57,650 nt of DNA from an uncultured Candidatus Saccharibacteria bacterium (GTDB lineage Bacteria > Patescibacteriota > Minisyncoccia > Phycocordibacterales > UBA1006): the NCBI GenBank assembly GCA_964464735.1, contig CAYXKF010000005.1, forward strand, positions 1-57,650, written 5' to 3'. Both the position numbers and the translations under genes were made by a program. The notes below the pieces were generated by a model. It was not told the origin of the DNA and did no database searches. It worked only from the letters and a program-made list of their open reading frames with translations. Every line of letters begins with the position of its first letter. Positions within the stretch are counted from its first letter, which is position 1. Positions 7,749 through 17,156 of the stretch are shown here, piece after piece.

Positions 7749-9113
7749 ATGTCAGAAGCACCAAAAAAGGTCATAACACGTATGGCGCCAAGCCCGACCG
7801 GCAAATTCCATGTTGGCGGCGTACGCACAGCTTTGTACAACTACTTATTCGCCCGCAAGCATGGCGGTACGTTTATTTTACGCATCGAAGACACGGACAA
7901 GGAGCGCAGTAAAAAAGAATACGAAGACGACATTTTGGACGCTTTTTCTTGGCTTGGAATGGAATACGATACCATCTACCGCCAATCTGAACGAACTGCG
8001 ATCTATCAGTCGTACATTAAAAAAATGCTTGATAACGGTCATGCGTACGAAGGCGAACCATCCGAAGGTTCAGGCAAGCCTGTCATCCGCCTAAAAAACC
8101 CAAACAAGGAAGTCGTTATTGACGACCAAATGCTAGGCGAGGTTAAAATCGACACGACCGATTTGGGCGACTTTGTGATTGCGCGTGATATCGATTCGCC
8201 GCTGTACCACTTAACCGTCGTTGTTGATGACTGCGAAATGGGGATTACGCATGTGATCCGCGCGCAAGAACATCTTGCTAACACGCCGCGCCAAATTTTG
8301 ATTCAAGAAGCGATTGGCTGCACACGGCCGACCTATGCGCATATTCCATTGGTACTTGCACCTGACAAATCAAAATTGTCTAAGCGTCATGGTGCAACGG
8401 CCGCAACCGACTACCGCGCTTTGGGATACCTTCCCGAAGCAATGATTAACTTTTTGGCATTTATCGGATGGAACCCGGGCGGCGAACAAGAATTATTTAC
8501 CAAAGAAAAACTGATAACGCTCTTTGACTTGCACCAGGTACAAAAAGGCGGGGGAGTTTTTAATATCGACAAACTTAAATGGTTTAACAAAGAATATTTG
8601 CACAAAAAATCGTTCGACGAACAAAAGGCTTACCTTGCCGATGTCCGAAGTTTTTTTGAAAACCTGTGCGAGTGCGCATTTAGCGACGAACACTGGGACA
8701 AATGCGTACCACTTATTATCGAACGCATCTCGGTTAAAAGTGATGTTGAAGAACTGTTTCGCACCAAGGGCGAATTTGTATATTTATTTAAGCGTCCCGA
8801 CGAATATTCACGCGATGATATTTTTTGGAAAAAAGATACACCTGAACGTTCACGCGATGTTTTGATCGAACTGCATAAAAAAATCACCGCCTACGAAGGG
8901 GATTGGACAAAAGAATCATTGCAAAACTTTTTTATGCCGTATGCCGAAGAACAAGGTAAAGGTTCGGTCTTATGGCCACTGCGGTATGCACTTTCGGGTA
9001 AACGCGAATCGGTAGACCCATTTACACTATTGTACGTGCTTGAAAAAACCGAATCATTGGCACGTATCGCTTCTGCAGTGCAATACGCTTATGATATCGA
9101 AATCGCTGCATAA
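7749..9113 (+). CDS. gltX: glutamyl-tRNA synthetase
   Basis: 454 aa. RMAPSPTGKFHVGGVRTALYNY (HIGH-type motif), KLSKRHG (KMSKS) and a class I Glx catalytic-core pattern. Confidence 0.93.
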   Translation: MSEAPKKVITRMAPSPTGKFHVGGVRTALYNYLFARKHGGTFILRIEDTDKERSKKEYEDDILDAFSWLGMEYDTIYRQSERTAIYQSYIKKMLDNGHAYEGEPSEGSGKPVIRLKNPNKEVVIDDQMLGEVKIDTTDLGDFVIARDIDSPLYHLTVVVDDCEMGITHVIRAQEHLANTPRQILIQEAIGCTRPTYAHIPLVLAPDKSKLSKRHGATAATDYRALGYLPEAMINFLAFIGWNPGGEQELFTKEKLITLFDLHQVQKGGGVFNIDKLKWFNKEYLHKKSFDEQKAYLADVRSFFENLCECAFSDEHWDKCVPLIIERISVKSDVEELFRTKGEFVYLFKRPDEYSRDDIFWKKDTPERSRDVLIELHKKITAYEGDWTKESLQNFFMPYAEEQGKGSVLWPLRYALSGKRESVDPFTLLYVLEKTESLARIASAVQYAYDIEIAA

Positions 9114-10410
9114 TATTCTATGCGTCTTTGCTTGCGCTACTGTTATTACAGGGCTATTTGTGGCAGCAATTCCGGCGTATGGGCAAACTGTCTCAAAGGA
9201 CGAACTGCAACAAAAGATTGCCGACCTTGAACGCCAGATGGCCGCGATCGACAAAGAACTTGCTGGCATTGCAAATACCAAGCAAACGCTTTCGTCGCAT
9301 ATTTCAGAACTGCAATTAAGCCGCAAAAAGTTAGCATCACAAATTAGTGCTGCTGAGCTTCAGCTAAAAAAAGAAAAATCAAAGGTTGCTGATTTACAAA
9401 GTTCGATCGACGAACATACTCAAACCCAAGCAATCAACCGCGCAACGCTGGGGCGGCTGCTTCGCGAAGTGCGTGCAGCCGATGATGAAAATGGTATCGT
9501 ACTGTTATTGTCGGCAACCGATGCGCGTGACTTTATGCAAGGCTATAGCGAACTGCCGCTTATTTTTACCGCCCTTGGAAGCGCAACGCGCAATTTGGCT
9601 TTAGTAAATCAAGCTCTTGCAAGCGAGAAAAGCGAAACCGAAGCAACTATAAAAAAAACAACTGAACTTACATCTCAAATCAAAGGACAAAAATCTGTAT
9701 ACGATTCGCTACACAAAGAAGCATCAACCAAACTTGCAACAACTGCCCAACAAGAAAAAGAATACCAAGCACAGCGCGAAGCACTAGCAAAACTTAAGGC
9801 AGCCTTCGAGCAAGAATTGTATACATACGAAGCAGGACTTGGATTTGCGGGCTTTAGTAAAAATACGCCAAAGCGGGGAACAGTTGCCCTTGCTTGGCCG
9901 CTTGATAGCGTATTTGTAACGCAATTATTTGGTAAAACCAGCGCATCGGCACGGTTATACCTTTCGGGATCACATAGCGGTGTCGACTTTCGCGCATCGA
10001 TTGGCACGCCAGTTCGCGCTATGGCAAGCGGAACAGTAATTGGCACGGGTGATACCGATTTGGCTTGCCGCGGCGCATCGTTTGGAAAATGGATCTACAT
10101 TGCATTTGATAACGGTCTTGGTGCAACCTACGGACACCTTTCAAGCGTCAGTGCACAAAAAGGGCAAAAGGTTTCGGCAGGCGACCTTATTGGTTATAGT
10201 GGCCAAACGGGCCACGCAACGGGTCCGCACCTGCATGTCAGCTTGTATGCACTTAAGGACACCAACGAAAACGATTTAGTACAAATTGCCGGAAAAGAAA
10301 GCAACGCCTGCAAAGGAAAAATTTTAGTGCAGCCACGAGCGCCGGTCGAGGCATATTTAAACCTTTTAGATTTTTCGCCATCGCTTGATGCAAATAGTAT
10401 AAAATATTAA
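9091..10410 (+). CDS. secreted M23 (LytM-type) peptidase with N-terminal coiled coil (EnvC-like architecture)
   Basis: Signal/anchor CVFACATVITGLFVAAIPAYG, a long Q/E/K/L coiled coil, then HSGVDFRA..GTPV.A...G and GHATGPHLHVSLY. Start placed at the in-frame ATG 9091, giving a 23-nt overlap with gltX. Confidence 0.85.
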   Translation: MISKSLHNILCVFACATVITGLFVAAIPAYGQTVSKDELQQKIADLERQMAAIDKELAGIANTKQTLSSHISELQLSRKKLASQISAAELQLKKEKSKVADLQSSIDEHTQTQAINRATLGRLLREVRAADDENGIVLLLSATDARDFMQGYSELPLIFTALGSATRNLALVNQALASEKSETEATIKKTTELTSQIKGQKSVYDSLHKEASTKLATTAQQEKEYQAQREALAKLKAAFEQELYTYEAGLGFAGFSKNTPKRGTVALAWPLDSVFVTQLFGKTSASARLYLSGSHSGVDFRASIGTPVRAMASGTVIGTGDTDLACRGASFGKWIYIAFDNGLGATYGHLSSVSAQKGQKVSAGDLIGYSGQTGHATGPHLHVSLYALKDTNENDLVQIAGKESNACKGKILVQPRAPVEAYLNLLDFSPSLDANSIKY

Positions 10411-10462
10411 TGGTCGTTTCTACCTTTTCTTTAATAGAGCTTTTGCAGACAATTAGTCAAAC

Positions 10463-10492
10463 AAAAAATCCCTGGTTAACCAGGGATTTTTT
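10463..10492. terminator. bidirectional rho-independent terminator
   Basis: AAAAAATCCCTGG-TTAA-CCAGGGATTTTTT lies between convergent genes. Confidence 0.8.
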
Positions 10493-10512
10493 ACCATGCA
10501 TGAGACAGTCTT

Positions 10513-11142
10513 TTAAAGCGCATCCAAATCCTTTTGTAGTTTTTTGTTTTTCAACTTGATGGGAATACGTAAAAGTCGGGCAAATATAATGATATATTGC
10601 ATGCCAGGCGACAAGCTATCTCCGTAAATCCAGATTTCGTGATACACCTTCAAAAGAATCATCCGCATGATCGCCTTAAAGCCGCGATTAAGCTGTATCT
10701 TTTTTTGGCTAGGATCCGACACCATATCAAGCATCATTGAATTCACCACATATGCCGGATAGACAATGACACGATCCGACGATTCCTCTAATGATATTTT
10801 CATGATTTTTTCGCATTGCTTGGCGAAATTGCCAGTAAGCGGATGCAGGGCCAAAATAAGTTTATACTCATTCTTTTTGGACGTGGGAAACTGCCAAGGG
10901 ATTATTTCACCTCCGTCTTTTTGTAGGCGAATCTCAAAATCAAGATCCTTGTAATTTTTACCCGACATAAGGCGAGCAATTTCTTCAAGAGTCACCCTCC
11001 AAAGCCGTTTGGTTGGGAAGTAGTCTTCGTCGTGTTTTCCGCAAGAACGCTTCATCTCGGCAATTACCGTATCGGTAAATGCATGCTCAGTATAAATGTA
11101 CCACGCATTTTTTTCTTTTCTTTTTTTATTTTCAGTAGCCAT
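10513..11142 (-). CDS. hypothetical protein; C-terminal half resembles the nucleoside 2-deoxyribosyltransferase-like / DUF4406 fold (tentative)
   Basis: 209 aa. The pattern KLILALHPLTGN...RVIVYPAY...EIWIYGDSLSPGMQYIIIFARLLRIPI supports the tentative call. This is the only gene in the window with a canonical AAGGAG 5 nt before its ATG. Confidence 0.55.
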   Translation of the reverse strand: MATENKKRKEKNAWYIYTEHAFTDTVIAEMKRSCGKHDEDYFPTKRLWRVTLEEIARLMSGKNYKDLDFEIRLQKDGGEIIPWQFPTSKKNEYKLILALHPLTGNFAKQCEKIMKISLEESSDRVIVYPAYVVNSMMLDMVSDPSQKKIQLNRGFKAIMRMILLKVYHEIWIYGDSLSPGMQYIIIFARLLRIPIKLKNKKLQKDLDAL

Positions 11143-11265
11143 ATCAACTCCTTTTTTATTTTGTTATGTATTTATTTTTCTTTTCATAATAGGGGCTATT
11201 GCGGCCGAGTCAAGAATAACCACTGATATTGACGGTTATTTTATTATGTAGTAGTATAATATGAA

Positions 11266-11739
11266 ATGTTTTTGGTGATTTCAGGACATAATATTTTTTA
11301 TTTCTTGCAATCACCAAAAACAATAACATTGAGTACAGGACAATTTACCGTAAACAGCGGCAACGAACGTTTGACCTTTAGGCCGCTCGCCAAGGGCTGG
11401 TTCAGATGTAACCAGACAGGCCAAAAAACTAAAAGACCGGAAAGATACTCCAATATGGTAACAAAAGCAGCGCAGAATGCGCTGCTGCAGGAACAGCAAA
11501 AAGAGCAGCAAAAAAATGCCGAGGCTTACAAAAACTCGCTTGAAAAAGTTGAAGTGAGTTTCGGACAATGGGATTGTCCGAAATGCACAAAATTAAATTA
11601 CTACGGAAAAATCGATTCTGTTGTAAAGTGTATGAAGTGCCATGAGGCATTTCATACAATAAGGCGCTTAGTTATTTCTAAACCCGAAGAAGAGCAGCTG
11701 CAATTTCGTAGCTCAAATCTAACAAGGGGATGGTTTTAG
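11266..11739 (+). CDS. hypothetical protein with C-terminal zinc ribbon
   Basis: 157 aa with CPKC-x17-CMKC. A TATAAT box at 11255-11260 lies 5 nt before ATG 11266. Confidence 0.45.
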   Translation: MFLVISGHNIFYFLQSPKTITLSTGQFTVNSGNERLTFRPLAKGWFRCNQTGQKTKRPERYSNMVTKAAQNALLQEQQKEQQKNAEAYKNSLEKVEVSFGQWDCPKCTKLNYYGKIDSVVKCMKCHEAFHTIRRLVISKPEEEQLQFRSSNLTRGWF

Positions 11740-11763
11740 TTTAAAATGAAGTTAAAGCACTAC

Positions 11764-11790
11764 AAAGCCCGATGATAAATATCGGGCTTT
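11764..11790. terminator. rho-independent terminator between convergent genes
   Basis: AAAGCCCGAT-GATAAAT-ATCGGGCTTT. Confidence 0.7.
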
Positions 11791-11881
11791 GCTATATTAT
11801 ATATGGTATTTTTATAAATGAATGTCGTAAAAGATATATTGTGCGACGTTGCTAGTATTTTTCCCTATATAGCAAATAAGC

Positions 11882-12349
11882 TTAATCACACGACTTTGAT
11901 AACGTATACCCTAGCTCTTCAGCCTCGGCCGACGATGTAAAGTAAACTCGGTTCTCAATGTGGACTCGAGACAGTGCTTTGCAATTAGCAGGATAGTAAA
12001 CGGTGCCACTTTTTGAAGCGGCAAACGATCCGGCGGTTTGAGTAAGCTCTGAGGCTAAAACTGTCTCTTCCCCGCTATTTTCGCTACTTTGGGCTAGTGC
12101 GACCAATTGGCCTTGAACAATGGCATTTTTGGGCTTATACGGCCCGTTTTTGGTTAAATCGGTAACATAGGGCGGATATTCGATCGTCAGGCCAACGGTA
12201 TTGCCATAGGCGGCCTTTTGGCTATAACTGCGATACAAGTAACCTAAACAGAATGAACAAATGCAAAAAAGTGCTATTGTCGAGCCTATTAAGACGTGGC
12301 TTTGAAAGGGCTTGATTTTTTGGGCACTTTTATGTAGTATGTTCTGCAT
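11882..12349 (-). CDS. membrane-anchored hypothetical protein with a C-terminal Ada-type metal-binding-like motif
   Basis: 155 aa. TM segment VLIGSTIALFCICSFCLGYL; the C-terminus YYPANCKALSRVHIENRVYFTSSAEAEELGYTLSKSC follows the C..(x)..I...N...F.S..eA...Gy...k.C pattern. Confidence 0.55.
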   Translation of the reverse strand: MQNILHKSAQKIKPFQSHVLIGSTIALFCICSFCLGYLYRSYSQKAAYGNTVGLTIEYPPYVTDLTKNGPYKPKNAIVQGQLVALAQSSENSGEETVLASELTQTAGSFAASKSGTVYYPANCKALSRVHIENRVYFTSSAEAEELGYTLSKSCD

Positions 12350-12356
12350 TGGCGAA

Positions 12357-12362
12357 ATTATA
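12357..12362 (-). promoter_or_regulatory. -10 box (TATAAT) 7 nt before ATG 12349
   Basis: The minus strand reads GATATAAT-TTCGCCA-ATG CAG AAC. Confidence 0.45.
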
Positions 12363-12386
12363 TCGTTAACTAAGCATTAAAACAAT

Positions 12387-12665
12387 ATGGCACATAAGAA
12401 GGCTGGAGGAACAGCCAAAAACTTACGGGATTCAAATCCAAAGTACCTCGGTACGAAACTTTATGCTGGCCAGACTGCTAAGGCAGGTTCGGTAATCGTC
12501 CGCCAGCGCGGCACGAAGATCTTGGCCGGAACAAACGTCCGCACCGGAAAAGACCACACCCTATACGCTGTTGCTGAAGGTAAAGTCCAGTTTGGAACTA
12601 AGCGCAAGACCAATTTTGACGGATCACGTTCGATCAAAAAAATTGTAAACGTTGTTACCAAGTAA
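12387..12665 (+). CDS. rpmA: 50S ribosomal protein bL27
   Basis: [29 protein letters not shown]...[20 protein letters not shown]...G.V.F. Confidence 0.96.
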   Translation: MAHKKAGGTAKNLRDSNPKYLGTKLYAGQTAKAGSVIVRQRGTKILAGTNVRTGKDHTLYAVAEGKVQFGTKRKTNFDGSRSIKKIVNVVTK

Positions 12666-12681
12666 TTTGATTCCCCATTGC

Positions 12682-12712
12682 AAAAGCCCTGCTGATACAG
12701 CGGGGCTTTTGT
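12682..12712 (+). terminator. rho-independent terminator after rpmA
   Basis: AAAAGCCCTGCTG-ATA-CAGCGGGGCTTTTG followed by TTTT. Confidence 0.75.
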
Positions 12713-12725
12713 TTTATGTAGTTAG

Positions 12726-13397
12726 TTATTTTGTTTGTTTAATTCCTAAGAGTGTGGGAATTTCTTGAAGCGACTTTACCTCTTTCCAGGCATGTTCCAG
12801 CAACAACGGATCAGTCGTATGAATAGCGATCGAATACCTGGCCAGCTTAAATATTTCAATATCATTTTCCCCATCACCCACTACTACAACTTCATCAACC
12901 GAAACGCCATACCGATTACAAATATCGGTAAATTTTTGTGCTTTCCATTGACGGTCGCTTTCGTGGCCTAAAATATTCTCGAATCTACCGGCATCGTCAA
13001 ATGCAATATCGCGGGATGCATCATATCCATCAGCTTTAAGTAACCATGCAGCTGCAGAAACGTGTGTTTCAAATCCTCCTGAAAGAATGTGGTTTTTAAT
13101 TCCATAGGAATTTAATAACGCAAAAAGTTCGGCTGCATACGGGCGCAAGGCCACTTCGCCTAACAGCAGATCTAAAAATTGCTTGTTCGCATTGGGTGAT
13201 TTTTTATACTCGCTTACTACCCTGGCATGAGTTTCGGCATAAGTAATGTTACCCGCAAGGCGGCTTTCATACAAAGACCTATGGACTTCCCATGACCAAC
13301 CCATAGCCTCGGTCAGTTTTTTCCAAATCTTTCCTTCGGCAAGAGTGTCATCGAGGTCCCAAATGACCAGTTTGATCGGTTTTATAAAAGTATCCAT
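12726..13397 (-). CDS. HAD-superfamily hydrolase
   Basis: 223 aa. Motif I is VIWDLDDTL, and a later VVVGDGENDIEIF supplies the motif IV acidic residues. Confidence 0.8.
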   Translation of the reverse strand: MDTFIKPIKLVIWDLDDTLAEGKIWKKLTEAMGWSWEVHRSLYESRLAGNITYAETHARVVSEYKKSPNANKQFLDLLLGEVALRPYAAELFALLNSYGIKNHILSGGFETHVSAAAWLLKADGYDASRDIAFDDAGRFENILGHESDRQWKAQKFTDICNRYGVSVDEVVVVGDGENDIEIFKLARYSIAIHTTDPLLLEHAWKEVKSLQEIPTLLGIKQTK

Positions 13398-13471
13398 AGT
13401 AGTAATTTAGTTTCAAAATAGAGATTTAAGCAAACTGTATATTTCTAAGGCAATTACGTCAACCTGATTTA

Positions 13472-15121
13472 TTATGCCACTTCGCGCTGATAACAATCGA
13501 TGCATAAGATATGTTTATATCCAAGCTCGGGCGGATAGTAGGCCTCGATCCCCTTTTTACACTGGTCGCATTCGTAATAATGTTTTGTTATCGAAATCAT
13601 TGGCTGATATTGCTTAATGGTGCGGTAATCAGGGTGGAATTTTGGAAGTGCAATACCAAAGCGTTTATAAAACCTTAGTTCATGCCCGGCAATATTAAAC
13701 TTAAAATGCGTCATTGGACAGATAAGCGGTATTTTGGTTATTTCGTCGGTCGCATCTACAATATTATCGGGCAACGTTTCAGGAGCTTGCCCATCAACTT
13801 GCGACAAATTTGTTTCGTCCCAATAGCCACCTTGCGAAAGGACAAATTCTTTTGTTACCGACGGCATATACACCGCGCCCATCGTGCGGTTATACGGCGC
13901 CAGCCCCATACTGTACGGAGCAAACTTCCCGTATTCACCGCGCGCCTTCATGTTTGCAATAATTGTTGCTTTTAACGCTTCGTATTCTTCTTTAGTGTAT
14001 TGCGTATTCAAGATACAATATTTTTTATTGCGCAGTCCAACACAGCCAAAACAATGTGCGCACTGCGAACATAAATCAAGGTATTCACAGTCGACACCAT
14101 CAGACCACGACGAATATTTTAAATTATTACCACCGGTGCAGCATGAATTATTGCCGCAAAATTCTTGCAGCCAAGTACCCAGCATATCAATGCACGATTT
14201 GCACTTAAGGCCTCGCAGACAGTTAAAAATATCTTCGGATTCTTGCCAATGAAAACTGTTTTGTGCACGATTGCAATTAAGTAGGTATTCCCCTTCTGAA
14301 TCCTGCGTCCTTAAATTAAAGTTTTGTCGGTGGCGCACATCATTTTTAATGTGCAACTCAAATTCAGCATCAAGCAAAGTGCGAGATGCGCGCGACCCAG
14401 GATTCATTTTTTGTAGTTCAGCGTGATAGGTCTCTTTAGTATATTGCACGTTGCGGATCATGTAAGATGCATTGCGCAAGTTCCAGCACATAAAACAATT
14501 GCTGCAGTTGCGGCAATCAAAACAATATGCCGAATCGATCATATTTTGGCTGTTGCGCGACGACTGTAAGTTTTGCGAATTAAGACAATTAACACAGTCG
14601 TAAGAATTTTCAAGGTCAAAACAAAATGTGCAATGGGTCGAATTGTTTAGGCGCACACAACGGTTGCAATACGATACGTCTTCGCAATGCGTGATCGACC
14701 TGCACAAGTAGCAATTTTTAGAATCCCACACATCATCGCACCAATCACAACCCACACTACGTTCGCCGACCTGATGCGGTCGCGGCACTTTTTCTTGCAG
14801 CTCTTTCCATTGGTCAAAAAATGAACGCGCTGGGTCATAGGTTTGTCCAAATAACATAGGGTCCCATGCGTCCGAATACCATTCGTGGTATGCATAAATG
14901 GGATAACGCGCCGGCTCGGGCAATATGGTAATAAACGATTCACCCGACAAATCCGACTTTCCTTTTCTAAATTTTCCCAAAGGCCAAAAAGCAAACTTTT
15001 GGGCCACGCTACAACTAAAACAGGTAGGAGGAATTTCAAGATTTATTTTTTCGTACATCGCAAGTTCGCCATCTGTAATCGTAAAATCTTTATTGCAATG
15101 TTCGCACATTCTAGTTTGCAT
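13472..15121 (-). CDS. Cys-rich multi-zinc-ribbon repeat protein, paralogue C (unknown family)
   Basis: Shares CEHC..F.I.....YEKI...PPTCF.C at the N-terminus and two modules ending C..C.NCF.C..LRN..Y.I.N.QYTKE.Y with the 15435 and 17153 ORFs. Start placed at ATG 15121 (MQTRMCEHC), 2 nt after the cutA stop. Confidence 0.75.
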   Translation of the reverse strand: MQTRMCEHCNKDFTITDGELAMYEKINLEIPPTCFSCSVAQKFAFWPLGKFRKGKSDLSGESFITILPEPARYPIYAYHEWYSDAWDPMLFGQTYDPARSFFDQWKELQEKVPRPHQVGERSVGCDWCDDVWDSKNCYLCRSITHCEDVSYCNRCVRLNNSTHCTFCFDLENSYDCVNCLNSQNLQSSRNSQNMIDSAYCFDCRNCSNCFMCWNLRNASYMIRNVQYTKETYHAELQKMNPGSRASRTLLDAEFELHIKNDVRHRQNFNLRTQDSEGEYLLNCNRAQNSFHWQESEDIFNCLRGLKCKSCIDMLGTWLQEFCGNNSCCTGGNNLKYSSWSDGVDCEYLDLCSQCAHCFGCVGLRNKKYCILNTQYTKEEYEALKATIIANMKARGEYGKFAPYSMGLAPYNRTMGAVYMPSVTKEFVLSQGGYWDETNLSQVDGQAPETLPDNIVDATDEITKIPLICPMTHFKFNIAGHELRFYKRFGIALPKFHPDYRTIKQYQPMISITKHYYECDQCKKGIEAYYPPELGYKHILCIDCYQREVA

Positions 15122-15123
15122 AG

Positions 15124-15432
15124 TTACGCTTTGGTTGTATTGTTTGCCCACTCTTGATATGTATTATTAATGATATCAATTTGCGTACGCGCAATCAGCG
15201 GAACAGCATAACTATGCTTTGCTTCGATACGCGCTTCAAGGTCGGCGGCATACTCGCTATGCGTAATAAATGTCATCAAGTATTGTTCGACAGTTTCAAC
15301 CTTTCCCTCCCATAAATAAGTCGATTTGACCGGAAAATAGTCAACGCACGCCGCAAGTTTTGCGCTTATCACTTCGGTTGCCAATGCTTGCGCGTCTTCG
15401 ATGTTCTTAATAGTAGTATGAATATAAATCAT
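15124..15432 (-). CDS. cutA: divalent-cation tolerance protein CutA
   Basis: 102 aa. A..LA..VI..KLAACV...PV.S.Y.WEGKVE...E..M..KT fits the CutA1 pattern. Confidence 0.85.
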   Translation of the reverse strand: MIYIHTTIKNIEDAQALATEVISAKLAACVDYFPVKSTYLWEGKVETVEQYLMTFITHSEYAADLEARIEAKHSYAVPLIARTQIDIINNTYQEWANNTTKA

Positions 15433-15434
15433 GA

Positions 15435-17156
15435 TTATAAAATAGTTTTCTGATAACAGCTTTCACAGTAAATAATTTCGCTTCGATTTGGCGCATACGG
15501 CGTATCAAATTCGTTTCCACAGTTGTTCATACAACTGCGATGGTACAATTTAAACGGTAACAACTCCCCTACCCGTTCTTTAATGCGCTGTAATGGAGCA
15601 ACATCGGGTACTGGTAGCCCTAAAGTGCGATAAAACTGCAGCTCGGAAGCGGTAATACGGTAGGCTTTTCCCGAATGGGCACATTGCAAGACCGCCTGCA
15701 AAACATCGTCGCCTACATCCTTGATATTATCTGGAAGTTCATAATCTGTAAATGTATATTCGCTTGCCGGCTCTTCGCGCCAAGTAAATCCATCTTGAAT
15801 TGCCGCTTCTTTTGATAAAGGATAAAAGTCATTTGATACACATTCGTTATAAGCAAACAGCGAATGTTCGGCAGGATAAAAGTCCCCATACGCATGCATA
15901 TATCCCACCGACGAAATAAACGGCATTTCTTTCATGTGGGCAATAACTTTGGGAAGCAGCGCCTCGTATTCTTCTTTAGTGTATTGCTTGTTCAAAATGC
16001 AGTATTGTTTTTTACGCGTCCCCACACAACCAAAGCAGTTTGAACATTCGATTATAGTATGACTGTATTCACAATTAAGAGCATGCTTTCGGTTTTGATA
16101 ATCACCCCCAAGCGCATACAAAATAAATTTACAGTTATACAGCCCGCCACCATTGCCGTTCATATACCCTAATTCGTTACCGGCGCAAGAAGTTTCGTCA
16201 TGAGAATCTTTTGACCATGCGGCTATATACTGGTTTTTTACGTTTTCAACCCCGTCAACCTGCCATACGTTATGCGCGTTTTTAGAATTCACCATGTCGT
16301 TTCCCGAACAATCGATAACATTGTTTGCCACACGGTAACACCGCGGCGTCATACTCCATACGGCGTGTGATTTCTGGCGCAACTCGGCAATTGACCTTCG
16401 TGATCCAAGGTCGTATTTTGCTTTTTCCTTCAGGTATTCTTCTTTGGTGTATTGCTTATTAAATATTTGGTACGACGCATGACGCAGCCCGGCGCAGCCA
16501 ATTATATTATTACAATTGCGGCAGTCATACGAAAAAATAGTGTCCATGCAATCGTAGCATTCGCGCGAATAAAAGGTACGGTAACAGCGCTCGATAACAA
16601 TGTCCTCCAGGCACTTTTCTGACTGAAATGCCCAGTACGAATCATAGACTTCTTTTCCATACAAGGCGTATTCACAGAAGGCACTATATTCGTTTCCAAT
16701 TCCTCCAAATGTCAGGTAACAACCTTTGCTGTCGTTTTCCATATTCGAATAGTCACTATCGACCATGTTCGTTGTAAGCGTTGCAGCGTGCGGGACGGCA
16801 AGCAAGAGTTCATAAAATTGCTGGAAAAACGGTTTCGTAAAATCATAGTCACGGCCATAATCTGTCGAACTCCAATCATCTGACCACCAACACTCGCGAC
16901 AATACATTCTTGCCGGATTATGCGGCGAGATGCGCGAAATGACCATTTTGTTGCATTTATCACAAGGGCGCTTATACAACGACTTAACGTTACGGGCAGC
17001 CAGCCGCTGCTGGTTTCGGCAGTCGACACAAAACGTCGGTGGGGGTACTTTTATTTTTTCATAAAAATCAAAATCATCCGAAGCAATTTCGAATTGCAAT
17101 TTGCAGTTTTGGCAAGCTCGCACAGAGGTTGCCGAATCTGTTTTATTTTCATTCAT
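15435..17156 (-). CDS. Cys-rich multi-zinc-ribbon repeat protein, paralogue B (unknown family)
   Basis: CQNC..FEI...DFDFYEKIKVPPPTFCVDC, CDKC-x17-CREC, two C..C.NC..C.GLR..Y.I.NKQYTKEEY modules and C-terminal CMNC-x17-CESC. I count about 32 Cys by hand. ATG 17156 overlaps the upstream stop as ATGA. Confidence 0.8.
   Translation of the reverse strand: MNENKTDSATSVRACQNCKLQFEIASDDFDFYEKIKVPPPTFCVDCRNQQRLAARNVKSLYKRPCDKCNKMVISRISPHNPARMYCRECWWSDDWSSTDYGRDYDFTKPFFQQFYELLLAVPHAATLTTNMVDSDYSNMENDSKGCYLTFGGIGNEYSAFCEYALYGKEVYDSYWAFQSEKCLEDIVIERCYRTFYSRECYDCMDTIFSYDCRNCNNIIGCAGLRHASYQIFNKQYTKEEYLKEKAKYDLGSRRSIAELRQKSHAVWSMTPRCYRVANNVIDCSGNDMVNSKNAHNVWQVDGVENVKNQYIAAWSKDSHDETSCAGNELGYMNGNGGGLYNCKFILYALGGDYQNRKHALNCEYSHTIIECSNCFGCVGTRKKQYCILNKQYTKEEYEALLPKVIAHMKEMPFISSVGYMHAYGDFYPAEHSLFAYNECVSNDFYPLSKEAAIQDGFTWREEPASEYTFTDYELPDNIKDVGDDVLQAVLQCAHSGKAYRITASELQFYRTLGLPVPDVAPLQRIKERVGELLPFKLYHRSCMNNCGNEFDTPYAPNRSEIIYCESCYQKTIL

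Noticed and set aside
17153-17156. Alternative genetic code (UGA=Gly, code 25, as in some CPR lineages) as an explanation for the interrupted atpG or for gene boundaries.
   Set aside because: TGA clearly terminates genes here, as in the ATGA stop/start overlaps at 17153-17156 and 22834-22837. The atpG interruption is a TAA, which also ends many other genes.
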